Origin: Candidatus Levyibacteriota bacterium
GTDB lineage: Bacteria; Patescibacteriota; Microgenomatia; Levybacterales; UBA12049
Direction: 5' to 3'
DNA: 64,000 bases
Assembly (NCBI GenBank): GCA_016186645.1
Contig: JACPLF010000006.1
Span: forward strand, 46,312 to 110,311
Shown: piece by piece, positions 29,684 to 40,091 of the stretch
Position numbering within the stretch: the stretch's first letter is position 1
Layout: each line of letters starts with the position of its first letter
The notes under the pieces: model-generated
Databases searched by the model: none
What the model saw: only the letters and a program-made list of their open reading frames with translations
Told to the model about the DNA's origin: nothing
Made by a program: the position numbers and the translations under genes

Positions 29684-30528
29684 AGAAGGTCATTTTCCAT
29701 ATAATTTTTAAGAGTTGTCTGCCAAGATGAAGTTAATGGAAATTTTACGCTTTTAATAACTTCATAAGTCGGTCTGGGAGCAGGGAATTGTTCCGCAAAC
29801 TCCTTAGAAGAAACGGGTTCGATAATAGAATTACTCCTAAACTCTTTTTTTATAAAATTTGCTATGTCAAAACGAGAACACATTCCTTTTGAGCCGAAAT
29901 GAAATAAGCCAAATTCTTTTCTGCTAAGTCTTTCTTTAACAAATTCCAAAAGATCTTTTGCGTAGGTGAGCGTTCCAAAGCGGTCATTAACAACCCTTAA
30001 AGTTTCTCCATTCTTGATCTTGTCAAAAATATACGAGATAAATTTCTTCTCTTTTTTTCCTCCCCCGATCATCCATGCGCCTCTGACTATAATATAATCT
30101 TTAATATTTTCTTTTACTATTTCTTCTCCCAATAATTTGGTTTTGGCATATACATTGGCAGGGTGAGGTTGATCCTCCTCTGAATAACCCTCATTGGGTA
30201 AGTTTTTCCCATCAAAAACAGCTGAAGTAGAGATGTATACAAAGGGGATATTGTACTTTTTTGCTATCAAAGTCATATTTTTAGTTCCATCAGCATTTAT
30301 TTTTTTTGCAAGATCTGGATTTTTCTCACATAGATCAACGTTGGTTAAAGCAGCAAGATGAATTACAACTGTTGGTTTAATTTTATCAAAAACTTTCTTA
30401 ATTTGGTTAACATTAGTTATGTCAAGATCCATTCTCCCCATAATAAAAACGGCGCTCTCATTAAAAGCCGCCTTTGCGTAACTTCCGACCGTTCCCATGC
30501 CTCCCGTAACTAGTATTTTACTATTCAA
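29680..30528 (-). CDS. dTDP-4-dehydrorhamnose reductase (RmlD)-like SDR
   Basis: 282 aa; HLAALTNVD, STSAVFDG (RmlD STDYVFDG-like) and YAKTK. Confidence 0.65.
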   Translation of the reverse strand: MNSKILVTGGMGTVGSYAKAAFNESAVFIMGRMDLDITNVNQIKKVFDKIKPTVVIHLAALTNVDLCEKNPDLAKKINADGTKNMTLIAKKYNIPFVYISTSAVFDGKNLPNEGYSEEDQPHPANVYAKTKLLGEEIVKENIKDYIIVRGAWMIGGGKKEKKFISYIFDKIKNGETLRVVNDRFGTLTYAKDLLEFVKERLSRKEFGLFHFGSKGMCSRFDIANFIKKEFRSNSIIEPVSSKEFAEQFPAPRPTYEVIKSVKFPLTSSWQTTLKNYMENDLL

Positions 30529-30553
30529 TTTGATACCATCAATTATAGTTTAT

Positions 30554-31957
30554 ATGCCAAAAATTTCAATAGCTTTGATCTTTGGATTTCTTCTTTGGGC
30601 ATATTTTGGCATCTATCAGCTCCCATATTACGTTTGGACTTTTGCTCTTACGCAAAACTGGTTCACAGATAACGGTCTTATTTTATTTAAAGATATTATT
30701 TATCATCATACCCAATTACCTCTATTCGCTCTTTTTGGAATGTCCAAAATTTTGGGTAATACTCCGGACATGATGCGGGCGTCGTCGTTTATACTATTGA
30801 TAGTCTTTAGTTTTGGAATATTGCTTTTGGGGAGAAAAATATCTAAGAAGGTTGGCAACATTTCTTTTGCAATTTTTTTATTAACTTTTTTCACTCTTTT
30901 TCATAACTTTCACATAGAAGAAATGATGGCATCTCTTTTCTGTATATACGCAACATTTTTTTACTTAAAATTCTGGGATAAGCTGTCATCTTGGTGGATT
31001 TTTTTCTCGGGAATCTTTGTTTCACTGGGAATAATGTCCAAGCAATCTGTAGGGCTTATTATTCTAGTTTTTCTTTTGGCATCCGTATGGCAAATACGCA
31101 GAAATAAAAAACTAGTAAAAACTACAATAAAAGGATTTATGTATTTTTTTCTAGGATTATTAATTGCGGCTACTCCTTTCTTTTTTTACTATTTTGTAAA
31201 TCATAGTCTAGGAGATTTTTTCTACTGGAATATTATTTTTAATTTTACTATTTATCCCAAACAAAGTATCCCATATGCTCTTAAGGATGGAATGATTGCT
31301 GCCGGTTGGCTGTTATTTTCAATAATTCCGTCAATTTACTTACTATTCACTAAGTTAATAAATAAAGAACTCAGATTTCCATTAATACTTTTAACTTTAT
31401 GCGCAGTATTTTTGAGCACATCTTTGTTGCCAAGTTTTCTAACTTACAAGGCTTTACCTTTTTATCCGTATCCTTTAATAATATGGGGAATACTTTTAGT
31501 TAACATCGATAAGCGGATACTAAAAATATTTATAGTGACAGGGTTATTGTTGCTATTGCCTGCGATAAAATCTTTCTATGTTGATTACTTACCAACAGAT
31601 GCTTTCAATAATAGATTTATCTTGGACTATGGAGACTCAGAATTAAAAATAGTTGATTGGCTTAAGAAAAATACGATCTATAAAGAAAAAATAATGAACT
31701 TAGGACATCATTACGTTACGACTCTTGCTAGAAGATTGCCTCAAAATAGATATGTATATTTATTCCCATGGTTAGTTTCTCCTTTTGATGTTTCTACAAA
31801 AGAAATATTGAAAAATCCTCCCAAAACAGTAGTTGTCGACTGGAGAACTTTTGATGACTTCCCAGTTCTTCATAAATGGCAGTTCATAGATTATGTAAAG
31901 ACTAATTATAAACTTGTTGCAAAATACGATTCTTACGAAATTTTCTCTAATAAATAA
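30554..31957 (+). CDS. Polytopic membrane glycosyltransferase-like protein (paralog family B)
   Basis: Start moved to the ATG at 30554 so it does not overlap the divergent minus-strand gene. C-terminal LPxNxYV.FPW/Y...NPPK block shared with the 31959 and 63497 proteins. Confidence 0.55.
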   Translation: MPKISIALIFGFLLWAYFGIYQLPYYVWTFALTQNWFTDNGLILFKDIIYHHTQLPLFALFGMSKILGNTPDMMRASSFILLIVFSFGILLLGRKISKKVGNISFAIFLLTFFTLFHNFHIEEMMASLFCIYATFFYLKFWDKLSSWWIFFSGIFVSLGIMSKQSVGLIILVFLLASVWQIRRNKKLVKTTIKGFMYFFLGLLIAATPFFFYYFVNHSLGDFFYWNIIFNFTIYPKQSIPYALKDGMIAAGWLLFSIIPSIYLLFTKLINKELRFPLILLTLCAVFLSTSLLPSFLTYKALPFYPYPLIIWGILLVNIDKRILKIFIVTGLLLLLPAIKSFYVDYLPTDAFNNRFILDYGDSELKIVDWLKKNTIYKEKIMNLGHHYVTTLARRLPQNRYVYLFPWLVSPFDVSTKEILKNPPKTVVVDWRTFDDFPVLHKWQFIDYVKTNYKLVAKYDSYEIFSNK

Positions 31958-31958
31958 A

Positions 31959-33389
31959 ATGCGTTTATTTTCTTTCAAGGATTTATTAGTTTTATTTTTA
32001 GGCATCATAGCCATAACTTTGCAGTTATTTTTTCTGCCGTTTCATGTATGGGATGCGGGAGTAGCCCGACCATGGTACATGATGCATGATCTGATTCCTT
32101 ATAAGGATTTTGTTTGGATTAGAATGCCTTTTGATCTATTTCTGCTGGAGACTTGGTATAAAATTTTTGGAGCAAATGGTTTTGCATATCAGCTTTTCAT
32201 ATACGCTTTACTTGTTATTTTAAGTATTGCGGTTTTTGTCTGCGGCCGATTGGTTTTAAAAAAATTTTACTTCCTACCCTTTCTCTTTTTTAATATTTTT
32301 CTTTTTCCACTTTTCCAAAATACGGAGGAGGGGGAAATATTAGTTGGAATTTTCAACATATTATTATTTTTAACCGTATTTTTTTATTTTAAAAAAAGAA
32401 ATATTTGGTATTTATTTATTGCGGGTTTGATTTCCGGACTATCTTTTATAACAAAACAAAACTCTGTTTTGGTTGCAGGCGCTCTTACTGTTACTTTATT
32501 GTTAGATTTTTATCTCCAAAGAGCAAAGTTTATTTTATTAATTAATAGATTAGGCGTTTATTTCTCTGGAATAATAATTCCCATCCTTGGAATCATATTG
32601 TATTTCTCCTTCCATAAAAGTTTGGAGGACTTTTTTTACTATACTTTATTTTTTATCTTGGGAACATATAGTAAAGCTCAAGTTAATCAGGGAAATGGGC
32701 TTTTGATTGTATTCTCATTCCTATCTCTTCTTATCCCATTTGTGTTTGTTGTAAAAAAAGTAGGAGTGAGGCTTCAGTCAGGATTGTTTTTAATACTACA
32801 GATAGTTGCTCTTTTTCCATCTCTTCTCCCATCTTTTCTTTCCTACAGAGCTTTCACAGCTTTTCCTTTAATTTCAATTGTCGCGGGCGTTCTTTTGACA
32901 ACCCTTATTAGAAATAAAATAGGAAAAGTAAGTAAAGTTGCGATTGTCCTCGCATTCGTTTCTTTTTTATTTTTTAATTACACGTTTATTGATTCATATA
33001 TTTCCTCTATTGCAAATGGAGAAATTAAATACGGTCAGTATATAACAAGTTATGGAAAAAAAGAGCTAGAGATAGCAGAATTAATCAGAAAAAATTCCAG
33101 TAAAGATGAAAAAATTATAAGTTATGGTAATGAAATGATTTATGTTTTATCCGATAGATTACCGGCGAATAAATATGTTGATCCTTTTCCTTATTTACTT
33201 CATCCATATGAAGAAACTTCCAAAGTTTTCATAGACAATCCGCCTAAGTTAGTAGTTTATGATGAATCATTGCCTCGCGATCATATCGGATTGGATAAAT
33301 GGCCATTTATTGATTTTTTGCACAAGAATTATGATATATTACAAAGATTCGATAGTGGTTTTGTTTTATATAAATATAAAAAATTATAA
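31959..33389 (+). CDS. Polytopic membrane glycosyltransferase-like protein (family B tandem paralog)
   Basis: ATG lies 1 nt after the upstream stop; clear similarity to the 30554 protein throughout. Confidence 0.55.
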   Translation: MRLFSFKDLLVLFLGIIAITLQLFFLPFHVWDAGVARPWYMMHDLIPYKDFVWIRMPFDLFLLETWYKIFGANGFAYQLFIYALLVILSIAVFVCGRLVLKKFYFLPFLFFNIFLFPLFQNTEEGEILVGIFNILLFLTVFFYFKKRNIWYLFIAGLISGLSFITKQNSVLVAGALTVTLLLDFYLQRAKFILLINRLGVYFSGIIIPILGIILYFSFHKSLEDFFYYTLFFILGTYSKAQVNQGNGLLIVFSFLSLLIPFVFVVKKVGVRLQSGLFLILQIVALFPSLLPSFLSYRAFTAFPLISIVAGVLLTTLIRNKIGKVSKVAIVLAFVSFLFFNYTFIDSYISSIANGEIKYGQYITSYGKKELEIAELIRKNSSKDEKIISYGNEMIYVLSDRLPANKYVDPFPYLLHPYEETSKVFIDNPPKLVVYDESLPRDHIGLDKWPFIDFLHKNYDILQRFDSGFVLYKYKKL

Positions 33390-33391
33390 TT

Positions 33392-34675
33392 ATGAAAGTT
33401 GGTATTATTGGAGCTGGGTTTACTGGTCTTTCAGCAGGATACTACTTAACAAAAGAAGGCCATGATGTAACCATTTTTGATAGGGATGGCGTTCCGGGTG
33501 GTCTGGCTATAGGTTTTCAGGAAAAAAATTGGGAATGGAGTTTGGAAAAGCATTATCATCATTGGTTTACAAATGATAGATCTATTTTAAGTTTGGCCAG
33601 AGAGTTAAATTACAAAGTTTTTATAACACGGCCAAAAACTTCAGTGTATGTAGATGGAAAATTTTTCCAATTAGATTCCCCATTGAATGTACTTCAGTTT
33701 CCAAGACTTCCCATTTTCGATCGGATAAGAATGGCATTTGTTTTAGGGCTGATGAGATACAATCCCTTTTGGAAACCTCTGGAAAAAATTCGGGCAGTTG
33801 ATTTTCTTCCAAAGGTAATGGGAAAAAGAGCATATGAGAAGTTATGGGAACCATTGTTTATCAATAAATTTGGAGACCGAAGGCATGATATATCTTTGGC
33901 ATGGTTTTGGGCAAGGGTTCGTAAGAGAACGCCTAGTCTTGCATATCCGCAGGGGGGATTTTTAAAATTTGCAAATCATTTGGCCAACAGGATTAAAAAA
34001 CAAAAAGGGAAAATATTTTTAAATACAGAAGTCATCAGTGTGGAAAGTGATAAAGAGACTAAGATAAATATTAAGAGAAACTTAGAAATAAAATCAATCA
34101 AATTTGACAAGATTCTTGTTACACTTCCTACTTTCTTTTTTTTAAAACTGGCTAAAAATTTGCCAGGTGATTACGTAAAGAGATTAAGTAAATTGGAGGG
34201 GTTTGGGGCAATAAATCTTGTGATGAGATTAGATAGGAAATTTCTTAATGACAATACTTATTGGCTGAATATTTGCGATAAAAATTCACCTGTAATGGCA
34301 GTTGTGGAGCATACCAATTTTATGAATAGTAAATATTATGATCGGGAACACGTAGTTTATGTAGCAAATTATTTCCTGCCCAATGACCCGCATTTTAAAA
34401 TGACGGATAACGAGCTATTAAAAGAGTGCGATCCATATCTTAAGAAAATTAATAGTAAATACAGGGAAAACCTTATTAGCTATAGTGTTTTTAGAACTCC
34501 TTTCGCTCAGCCTCTTATTCCCATGAATTATTCAAAAATGATCCCGCCAATAGAAACTCCTTTGAAAAATGTGTATCTTTCAAATATCCAACAGGTCTAT
34601 CCTTGGGATAGGGGAACAAATTATTCAGTTGAGAATGGAAGAGAGGTTGCTAAGATGATGATGAATTTGGTATGA
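33392..34675 (+). CDS. FAD/NAD(P)-binding oxidoreductase (amine oxidase / UDP-galactopyranose mutase superfamily)
   Basis: N-terminal VGIIGAGFTGLSAGYYL...DVTIFDRDGVPGG dinucleotide-binding motif. Confidence 0.55.
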   Translation: MKVGIIGAGFTGLSAGYYLTKEGHDVTIFDRDGVPGGLAIGFQEKNWEWSLEKHYHHWFTNDRSILSLARELNYKVFITRPKTSVYVDGKFFQLDSPLNVLQFPRLPIFDRIRMAFVLGLMRYNPFWKPLEKIRAVDFLPKVMGKRAYEKLWEPLFINKFGDRRHDISLAWFWARVRKRTPSLAYPQGGFLKFANHLANRIKKQKGKIFLNTEVISVESDKETKINIKRNLEIKSIKFDKILVTLPTFFFLKLAKNLPGDYVKRLSKLEGFGAINLVMRLDRKFLNDNTYWLNICDKNSPVMAVVEHTNFMNSKYYDREHVVYVANYFLPNDPHFKMTDNELLKECDPYLKKINSKYRENLISYSVFRTPFAQPLIPMNYSKMIPPIETPLKNVYLSNIQQVYPWDRGTNYSVENGREVAKMMMNLV

Positions 34676-34684
34676 TTTTTTCTT

Positions 34685-35653
34685 ATGATTCAAAATTTTC
34701 TACTAGACCAATTTAGGATTTTAAGGAATAATTACTTTAGACTAAGACTGAGAGCTTCACATTCACGACTTGCAGAAATTAAAGCTTATCAAAGAAAACA
34801 GTTTGATAAACTATCTATTACTTTCTCAAAAAAATATTACAGGCTTAACAGTCTTGATATTAGCAAATTTACAACTCCTCTTTGGAGAAAATTTAATTCG
34901 CAAATAGAAAAGAGTCTCTTACCTATTCCTTCTTTTTCTTTTTTGAACGACCCGACAGTAATGGTATCTATGTTTGCAACTGCAGGAGGAGGATGGTTAA
35001 AAAAAGAACTAAAATTTCTTCAGGAGAAAATGGACAAAAAAGTATTAAAAAAAGTCTTGGAGGAAGATTATGCAGGAGAGCCGTTGCTTCTCAATTCTTA
35101 TTACCTAACATCTCACACTGTTATTCACCATTTGCATCATCTTATCAAATTTACCGAAAGGACAAAAACAAAATTGGAAAACTTAAATACTATTGTTGAA
35201 TGGGGAGGAGGATATGGAAGTTTAATCAGAATATTAAAAAAAATCAATCAAAAAAAGACAACATATATTTCTATCGATACGCCTCTTTTTGTTTGTCTTC
35301 AGTGGCTTTATTTGAGTACTATTTTCGGAGAAAAAGAAATTAACCTGCTTTTAGGCCCAAAGGATAAAATAAAAAATAATAAGATAAACTTATTGCCTCT
35401 TCCATTCTTGGAAAATCATGAGATTAATGCTGATTTGTTCATTTCAACGTGGGCGCTTTCGGAAAGCTCAAAGTATTCTCAGGATTATGTTCTTAAGAAA
35501 AATTGGTTTAATGCTAAGCATTTACTTTTGGCTTATCAAGATAACCCTTCGGGCTTATTCAATCCATCCCGTATTGGTAAATTAGCAAAAGATAAGGGAG
35601 CAATTATCGAAGACATGGAGTTTCTTCCCGGAAATCACTACGCCTTTCTCTGA
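34685..35653 (+). CDS. Hypothetical protein, possible SAM-dependent sugar O-methyltransferase-like
   Basis: EWGGGYGSLIRIL glycine-rich motif resembling methyltransferase motif I; no other recognisable signature. Confidence 0.3.
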   Translation: MIQNFLLDQFRILRNNYFRLRLRASHSRLAEIKAYQRKQFDKLSITFSKKYYRLNSLDISKFTTPLWRKFNSQIEKSLLPIPSFSFLNDPTVMVSMFATAGGGWLKKELKFLQEKMDKKVLKKVLEEDYAGEPLLLNSYYLTSHTVIHHLHHLIKFTERTKTKLENLNTIVEWGGGYGSLIRILKKINQKKTTYISIDTPLFVCLQWLYLSTIFGEKEINLLLGPKDKIKNNKINLLPLPFLENHEINADLFISTWALSESSKYSQDYVLKKNWFNAKHLLLAYQDNPSGLFNPSRIGKLAKDKGAIIEDMEFLPGNHYAFL

Positions 35654-36636
35654 CTTCTCCTGAATAATTTTTTGGCTTGATTTTCTATAACCGCATAAGC
35701 ATATACCATTATTGTTAGCCATGATATAAAGGGATGCCAGAACCAAGCTATTTTTCCGCTCTTCCTGTATTCTTTTATAGCCTCGAACAATGGACCAATT
35801 ATAGAGAGGTTATACATCACAGCCCAGAAAAAGCTATCTTGCTGCGCGTGGTCAACCCATGTTTTTTGTTTTCTTGCCTTTCTTCCTAAGAATTTACGCC
35901 CAATCTTTACTCTTTTTTTAATATAACTCCAAATGGATGTGCAGTAATAATGATAAATTCCAACGTCTTTAACTTCAGCATAAGATAAATATCCACCAGC
36001 AATAACTCTTGCTATAAAATTGACCTCTTCAAATTTTTGCTCATATCCTCCAACAGAATCAATGACCCCCCTCCTCCACAAAAATCCATTTGCACCAACC
36101 ACAGGAGTATCTCCAAGCTTTGCTCTATAAACTACATATTTGCCTTTATCAATAACTTCCATTTGTGGGTGGAAACGTCTAGCCAAAGGGTCTGCGATTT
36201 TAATTAGAGTTTCATATTGATTAATTGATGGGTCGTCTTTTCTCATAAGCCATGGAGAAGCTACTCCAAAGATTGTCTCGTCTTCCATAAGGGGTAAAAC
36301 CATTGTTTTAAACCACTTCGGGGAACTTAGCTCATTGTCGGCATCAATTAAGGCAACTATTTCTCCCTTTGCACTATGGAGTCCGATGCTCTTTCCCTCA
36401 TCGCAATCTCTAAAAGGATTAAAAAGTATTTTTGTTTTGAAAGCTTTGAATTCTCGCACTATTTCAAGGGTTCTATCTCTGCTTCCTCCGTCAATGACTA
36501 TTACTTCAAGCTTGTCTTTTGGGTAATCCTGCATGGCAATGCTGTTCAAGCAGTTTTCAATGTCTTTTTCTGCTTGATAAGTAGGTAAGATTACGGAGAT
36601 GGTGGGATAATTATCCTTTATTTTGCTTTTATCCAT
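35638..36636 (-). CDS. Glycosyltransferase family 2
   Basis: ISVILPTYQAE...VIVIDGGSRD...DAD motifs. Confidence 0.8.
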   Translation of the reverse strand: MDKSKIKDNYPTISVILPTYQAEKDIENCLNSIAMQDYPKDKLEVIVIDGGSRDRTLEIVREFKAFKTKILFNPFRDCDEGKSIGLHSAKGEIVALIDADNELSSPKWFKTMVLPLMEDETIFGVASPWLMRKDDPSINQYETLIKIADPLARRFHPQMEVIDKGKYVVYRAKLGDTPVVGANGFLWRRGVIDSVGGYEQKFEEVNFIARVIAGGYLSYAEVKDVGIYHYYCTSIWSYIKKRVKIGRKFLGRKARKQKTWVDHAQQDSFFWAVMYNLSIIGPLFEAIKEYRKSGKIAWFWHPFISWLTIMVYAYAVIENQAKKLFRRSQRKA

Positions 36637-36655
36637 TTGCTAATTATAACACAAT

Positions 36656-37369
36656 TTAGAGCTTTTTAGCCTTGATGCAGATTCCAAAAGAAAGAAGCTC
36701 AGAAGATCTGGGGAGGATTAAGCTCAAGAGTCTCATAAGAATATATGCCGGAATTACAATAGGGTAAATTAAAAATATGGGGAGAGCTAAAATATTAATC
36801 ATTCTCCATAACACAAGAGGAGTACGAATTATCTCAAGAGTAATAAAATCAAAATAATTTCCATAAGTATAAGTTTTTTCTATTTGGAAGCCATATTTTG
36901 GTAGGTTTTCTTTATAAAAATTTGAAGAAAAACCAGAATAGAAAAAATAAGGAGAATAGTGTGTTAGGGAAGCAAAAGGAGCTGTAAGAATTAAACTGCC
37001 TCCCTTTTTGGTAACACGGGAAAGTTCTTTTAATGCATCGAGAGGTCTTGGTAAATGTTCAAAAACTTCAATACAAAGACTAGAATCAAATTTCCCGGAC
37101 TCAATAGGCATATTTACAATATCCGAAACTATATCTATTTTTGAAAAATCTCTTTTACCTGTTTGTATGCCTTTTTTGTCTCCTTTGCCATCGTATTGGT
37201 TAAAATCCTGGCTGGTATATTTAAGGTGTTGACAGTACTTTTTATACTGGCATTCTCCAGCTCCGGCATCTAAAATTGTTGAGTTTTTAGGAAGCTTAGT
37301 CAGCTCTTTTGCTACCCATTTTTCTCTTTTGCTGTCGCTTTGGGGAATAAATAATGCCAATAAGTTCAT
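36656..37369 (-). CDS. Class I SAM-dependent methyltransferase
   Basis: ILDAGAGEC motif I; EVFEHLPRP; KKGGSLILTAP. Confidence 0.7.
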   Translation of the reverse strand: MNLLALFIPQSDSKREKWVAKELTKLPKNSTILDAGAGECQYKKYCQHLKYTSQDFNQYDGKGDKKGIQTGKRDFSKIDIVSDIVNMPIESGKFDSSLCIEVFEHLPRPLDALKELSRVTKKGGSLILTAPFASLTHYSPYFFYSGFSSNFYKENLPKYGFQIEKTYTYGNYFDFITLEIIRTPLVLWRMINILALPIFLIYPIVIPAYILMRLLSLILPRSSELLSFGICIKAKKL

Positions 37370-37421
37370 TTCAGATTAATTTTATCATATTTATACACAA
37401 TATAATGTATAATTACAGCCT

Positions 37422-38204
37422 ATGGTTAAAAATACTTTATCGGTTGATTTAGAATCTTTTATTCACAGACAACTTAATACTAAAAAAAGAATAGAAAGTG
37501 AAAATGGGGAGACTGCCTTAGCAATTAAATATCTTTTGGATATTTTTGATAAATATAACACAAAAGTAACATTTTTTGTTTTGGGGGAAATTTATGAATG
37601 GTACCCGGATCTTATTGAGGAAATCAAAAAAAGAGGACATGAAATTGGATATCATGGCCACAGGCATATTCTTTTTAGAAATAGAGAGACACTTCTTGAA
37701 GACTTAAAATTATCTAAAAAATTTCTTGATACATATAAGCCTATTGGCTTTCGTGCTCCGAGAATGTTTTTGAAAAAAGAATATTTGAAGATCTTGTCCG
37801 ATTTTGGTTTTAAATATGATTCTTCTGTCTATGGGCAACAAATAGAAGATATAAGGGAATTTGGCATTAAAGAAATTCCTGTTTCTTTATCCAGATATTT
37901 TGGAAACAGCATATTAAATAAATTCCCTCAGGGCATGAGAAAAGAGCTATTGCTTCAGGGAATACCTTATGGATCCGGTTTGTTTATTTCTCTTTTGCAG
38001 AAAAAGATTCAATATTTTATAGAAAAATCCCACAAGAAAAATATTGGCTCTAATCTGTTTATTCATCCATGGCAGCTTAGTGGTTATAAAGAAACGGGTT
38101 CTTTACCTTTGATTCAAAAACTTTCCTATAGAAAAAAGGTGGACAGTGTGATTGAATATTTACTAGGTAGGAATAAATTTTTTCCTTTGAAAGAGCTTGT
38201 ATGA
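37422..38204 (+). CDS. Polysaccharide deacetylase (carbohydrate esterase family 4)
   Basis: KVTFFVLGE...GHEIGYHGHRH NodB-homology motifs. Confidence 0.75.
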   Translation: MVKNTLSVDLESFIHRQLNTKKRIESENGETALAIKYLLDIFDKYNTKVTFFVLGEIYEWYPDLIEEIKKRGHEIGYHGHRHILFRNRETLLEDLKLSKKFLDTYKPIGFRAPRMFLKKEYLKILSDFGFKYDSSVYGQQIEDIREFGIKEIPVSLSRYFGNSILNKFPQGMRKELLLQGIPYGSGLFISLLQKKIQYFIEKSHKKNIGSNLFIHPWQLSGYKETGSLPLIQKLSYRKKVDSVIEYLLGRNKFFPLKELV

Positions 38205-39112
38205 AATATTTAGTAACAGGAGGATTAGGATTTATCGGATCAAATCTCGTTGACTATCTTTTGGAAAAAGGACATGAAATTGTAGTTGTAGATGATTTAT
38301 CTACGGGTAAAGAAAGTTACAAAAATCCTAAGGCAACATATTACAATTATTCAATTGCAGATTTGAATTTAATGACTGAATTAACAAAGGGGATGGATGG
38401 AATTTTTCATTTAGCAGCGTGGGCAAGATTACAAAGAAGTATTAATGATCCTCTTGGAACAAATCACGCAAACGTAACCGGAACCTTAACTTTACTTCAG
38501 GCAGCCCGAGTCAATAAGGTAGAAAAATTTATATTTTCTTCGTCTTCTTCTGTATATGGTATGCAGGAAAATCCAATCATGGAGGAAACAATGTCTACAA
38601 ATCCACTTCATCCCTATGCTTTACAGAAGTTGGTGGGGGAAATGTATTGCAGGTTGTACAGCAAGTTATTTGGTATTAAGACTGTTGCTCTTCGATACTT
38701 TAATGTGTATGGTCCTAGACAAATTATTGACGGGGATTACGCACTTGTGATTGGCACGTTCCTGAAGCAAAAAAGAGAAAATAAAAAGATGACAATTTAT
38801 GGTGATGGTAGACAAACAAGAGCATATACGCATGTTGGCGACGTAGTAAGAGCAAATCTTCTAGCTATGGAATTGTCTATGGAAAAAGGAGAGAGTGAAA
38901 TTTTTAACATTGGCACCGATCGGGAAACATCGATAAATGAAATTGCTAAAATGTTGGGTGGAGAAGTCGAACATATTATTCCTAATCCAAGAGGAGAATT
39001 TGAAGAAAGACGTAAGGCAGCCAATTACTCAAAGGCGTTAAAAATTCTTGGATGGAAACCTACAGTTACTATCGAAGAAGGGATTAAGCGGCTTCTTGGT
39101 CAAAAGAGTTAA
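38201..39112 (+). CDS. NAD-dependent NDP-sugar epimerase/dehydratase (UDP-glucose 4-epimerase-like)
   Basis: YLVTGGLGFIGSNL; YALQK (YxxxK). Confidence 0.8.
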   Translation: MKYLVTGGLGFIGSNLVDYLLEKGHEIVVVDDLSTGKESYKNPKATYYNYSIADLNLMTELTKGMDGIFHLAAWARLQRSINDPLGTNHANVTGTLTLLQAARVNKVEKFIFSSSSSVYGMQENPIMEETMSTNPLHPYALQKLVGEMYCRLYSKLFGIKTVALRYFNVYGPRQIIDGDYALVIGTFLKQKRENKKMTIYGDGRQTRAYTHVGDVVRANLLAMELSMEKGESEIFNIGTDRETSINEIAKMLGGEVEHIIPNPRGEFEERRKAANYSKALKILGWKPTVTIEEGIKRLLGQKS

Positions 39113-40059
39113 ACAATCTCATCTATCAGATAGGTTTCTCTTTTCTGACTGCTGATTGCATCATAGCTTATCATATCCGCTATAAATCCAAACCCCAAAA
39201 ACATAATCCCTAGTAAAATCAATACGACCCCGAGTATTATAGATGGAAGATCTTGATATAAATGACGTCCAAAAAATATCTTTTCATAAGCAAAGAAAAA
39301 ATTTATTAGAAAGCCACTTAGGAAAGATACAATCCCTAAAAAACCAAAAATATGAAAAGGCCTTGTCGAATACTTCATGAAGAATTTTATGGTAAGTAGG
39401 TCAAGAAAGCCTCTGAAAATTCTGGTGTAATTGTAATTTGTTTTTCCATTAGCTCTTTTTCTTATATTGATAGGAACTTCGGTAACCCTAAATCCTTTCC
39501 AAAGAGCAAGAAGGGGTAAGTATCTGTGCATTTCACCATATAGATGTATATTCTCAACAACCCTTCGTGTAAATGCCCTCATTCCGCCTGTTGAGTCATT
39601 TAATTTACTTCCGGTTATAATTCTGACTAAAATATTTGCTAATTTAGATGGGATAGTTTTTCTTATCAAGGAGTCTGAAGAGTTTCTGTTTTTTCTCCAT
39701 CCGCACACCACATGGTACCCTTCATTTATCTTTTTAATCAATGGCAAAATATCTTTTGGATCATGCTGCATATCGGAGTCCATAGTCACAATTATATTCC
39801 CAGCGCAATTTGTGATGCCGGCAGAGATTGCGTTAGATTGTCCGTAATTTGACATTAGCTTTACAATTTTAACTTTTTTATCCTTTGAAGCAATTCTTTT
39901 TAGTAAATTAAAAGACTCATCTTTTGATCCATCGTCTACGAACACTATTTCATAGGAGTCTTTATCCGGCAAAACTTCATTTATTTCGTTGTATAATTTC
40001 TGAATGTTTCCTTCCTCATTAAATATGGGGATGATAACAGATATGCCTACTGGCTTCAT
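39109..40059 (-). CDS. Polyprenyl-phosphate glycosyltransferase (GT2, GtrB/ArnC-like) with C-terminal TM hairpin
   Basis: ISVIIPIFNEE...IVFVDDGSKD...DSDMQHDP plus two C-terminal helices. Confidence 0.8.
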   Translation of the reverse strand: MKPVGISVIIPIFNEEGNIQKLYNEINEVLPDKDSYEIVFVDDGSKDESFNLLKRIASKDKKVKIVKLMSNYGQSNAISAGITNCAGNIIVTMDSDMQHDPKDILPLIKKINEGYHVVCGWRKNRNSSDSLIRKTIPSKLANILVRIITGSKLNDSTGGMRAFTRRVVENIHLYGEMHRYLPLLALWKGFRVTEVPINIRKRANGKTNYNYTRIFRGFLDLLTIKFFMKYSTRPFHIFGFLGIVSFLSGFLINFFFAYEKIFFGRHLYQDLPSIILGVVLILLGIMFLGFGFIADMISYDAISSQKRETYLIDEIV

Positions 40060-40091
40060 AATGCATATTTTATCATAAAACTGATCAATTA

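Noticed and set aside
33392-34675. UDP-galactopyranose mutase call for the FAD-binding protein
   Set aside because: The GxGxxG N-terminus fits, but downstream sequence does not show the UGM HxYGPHIFHT block I remember. Kept as a generic FAD oxidoreductase.
39467-39847. 126-aa plus-strand ORF inside the minus-strand GT2
   Set aside because: Antisense to a strongly supported polyprenyl-P GT2 gene; no domain signature.
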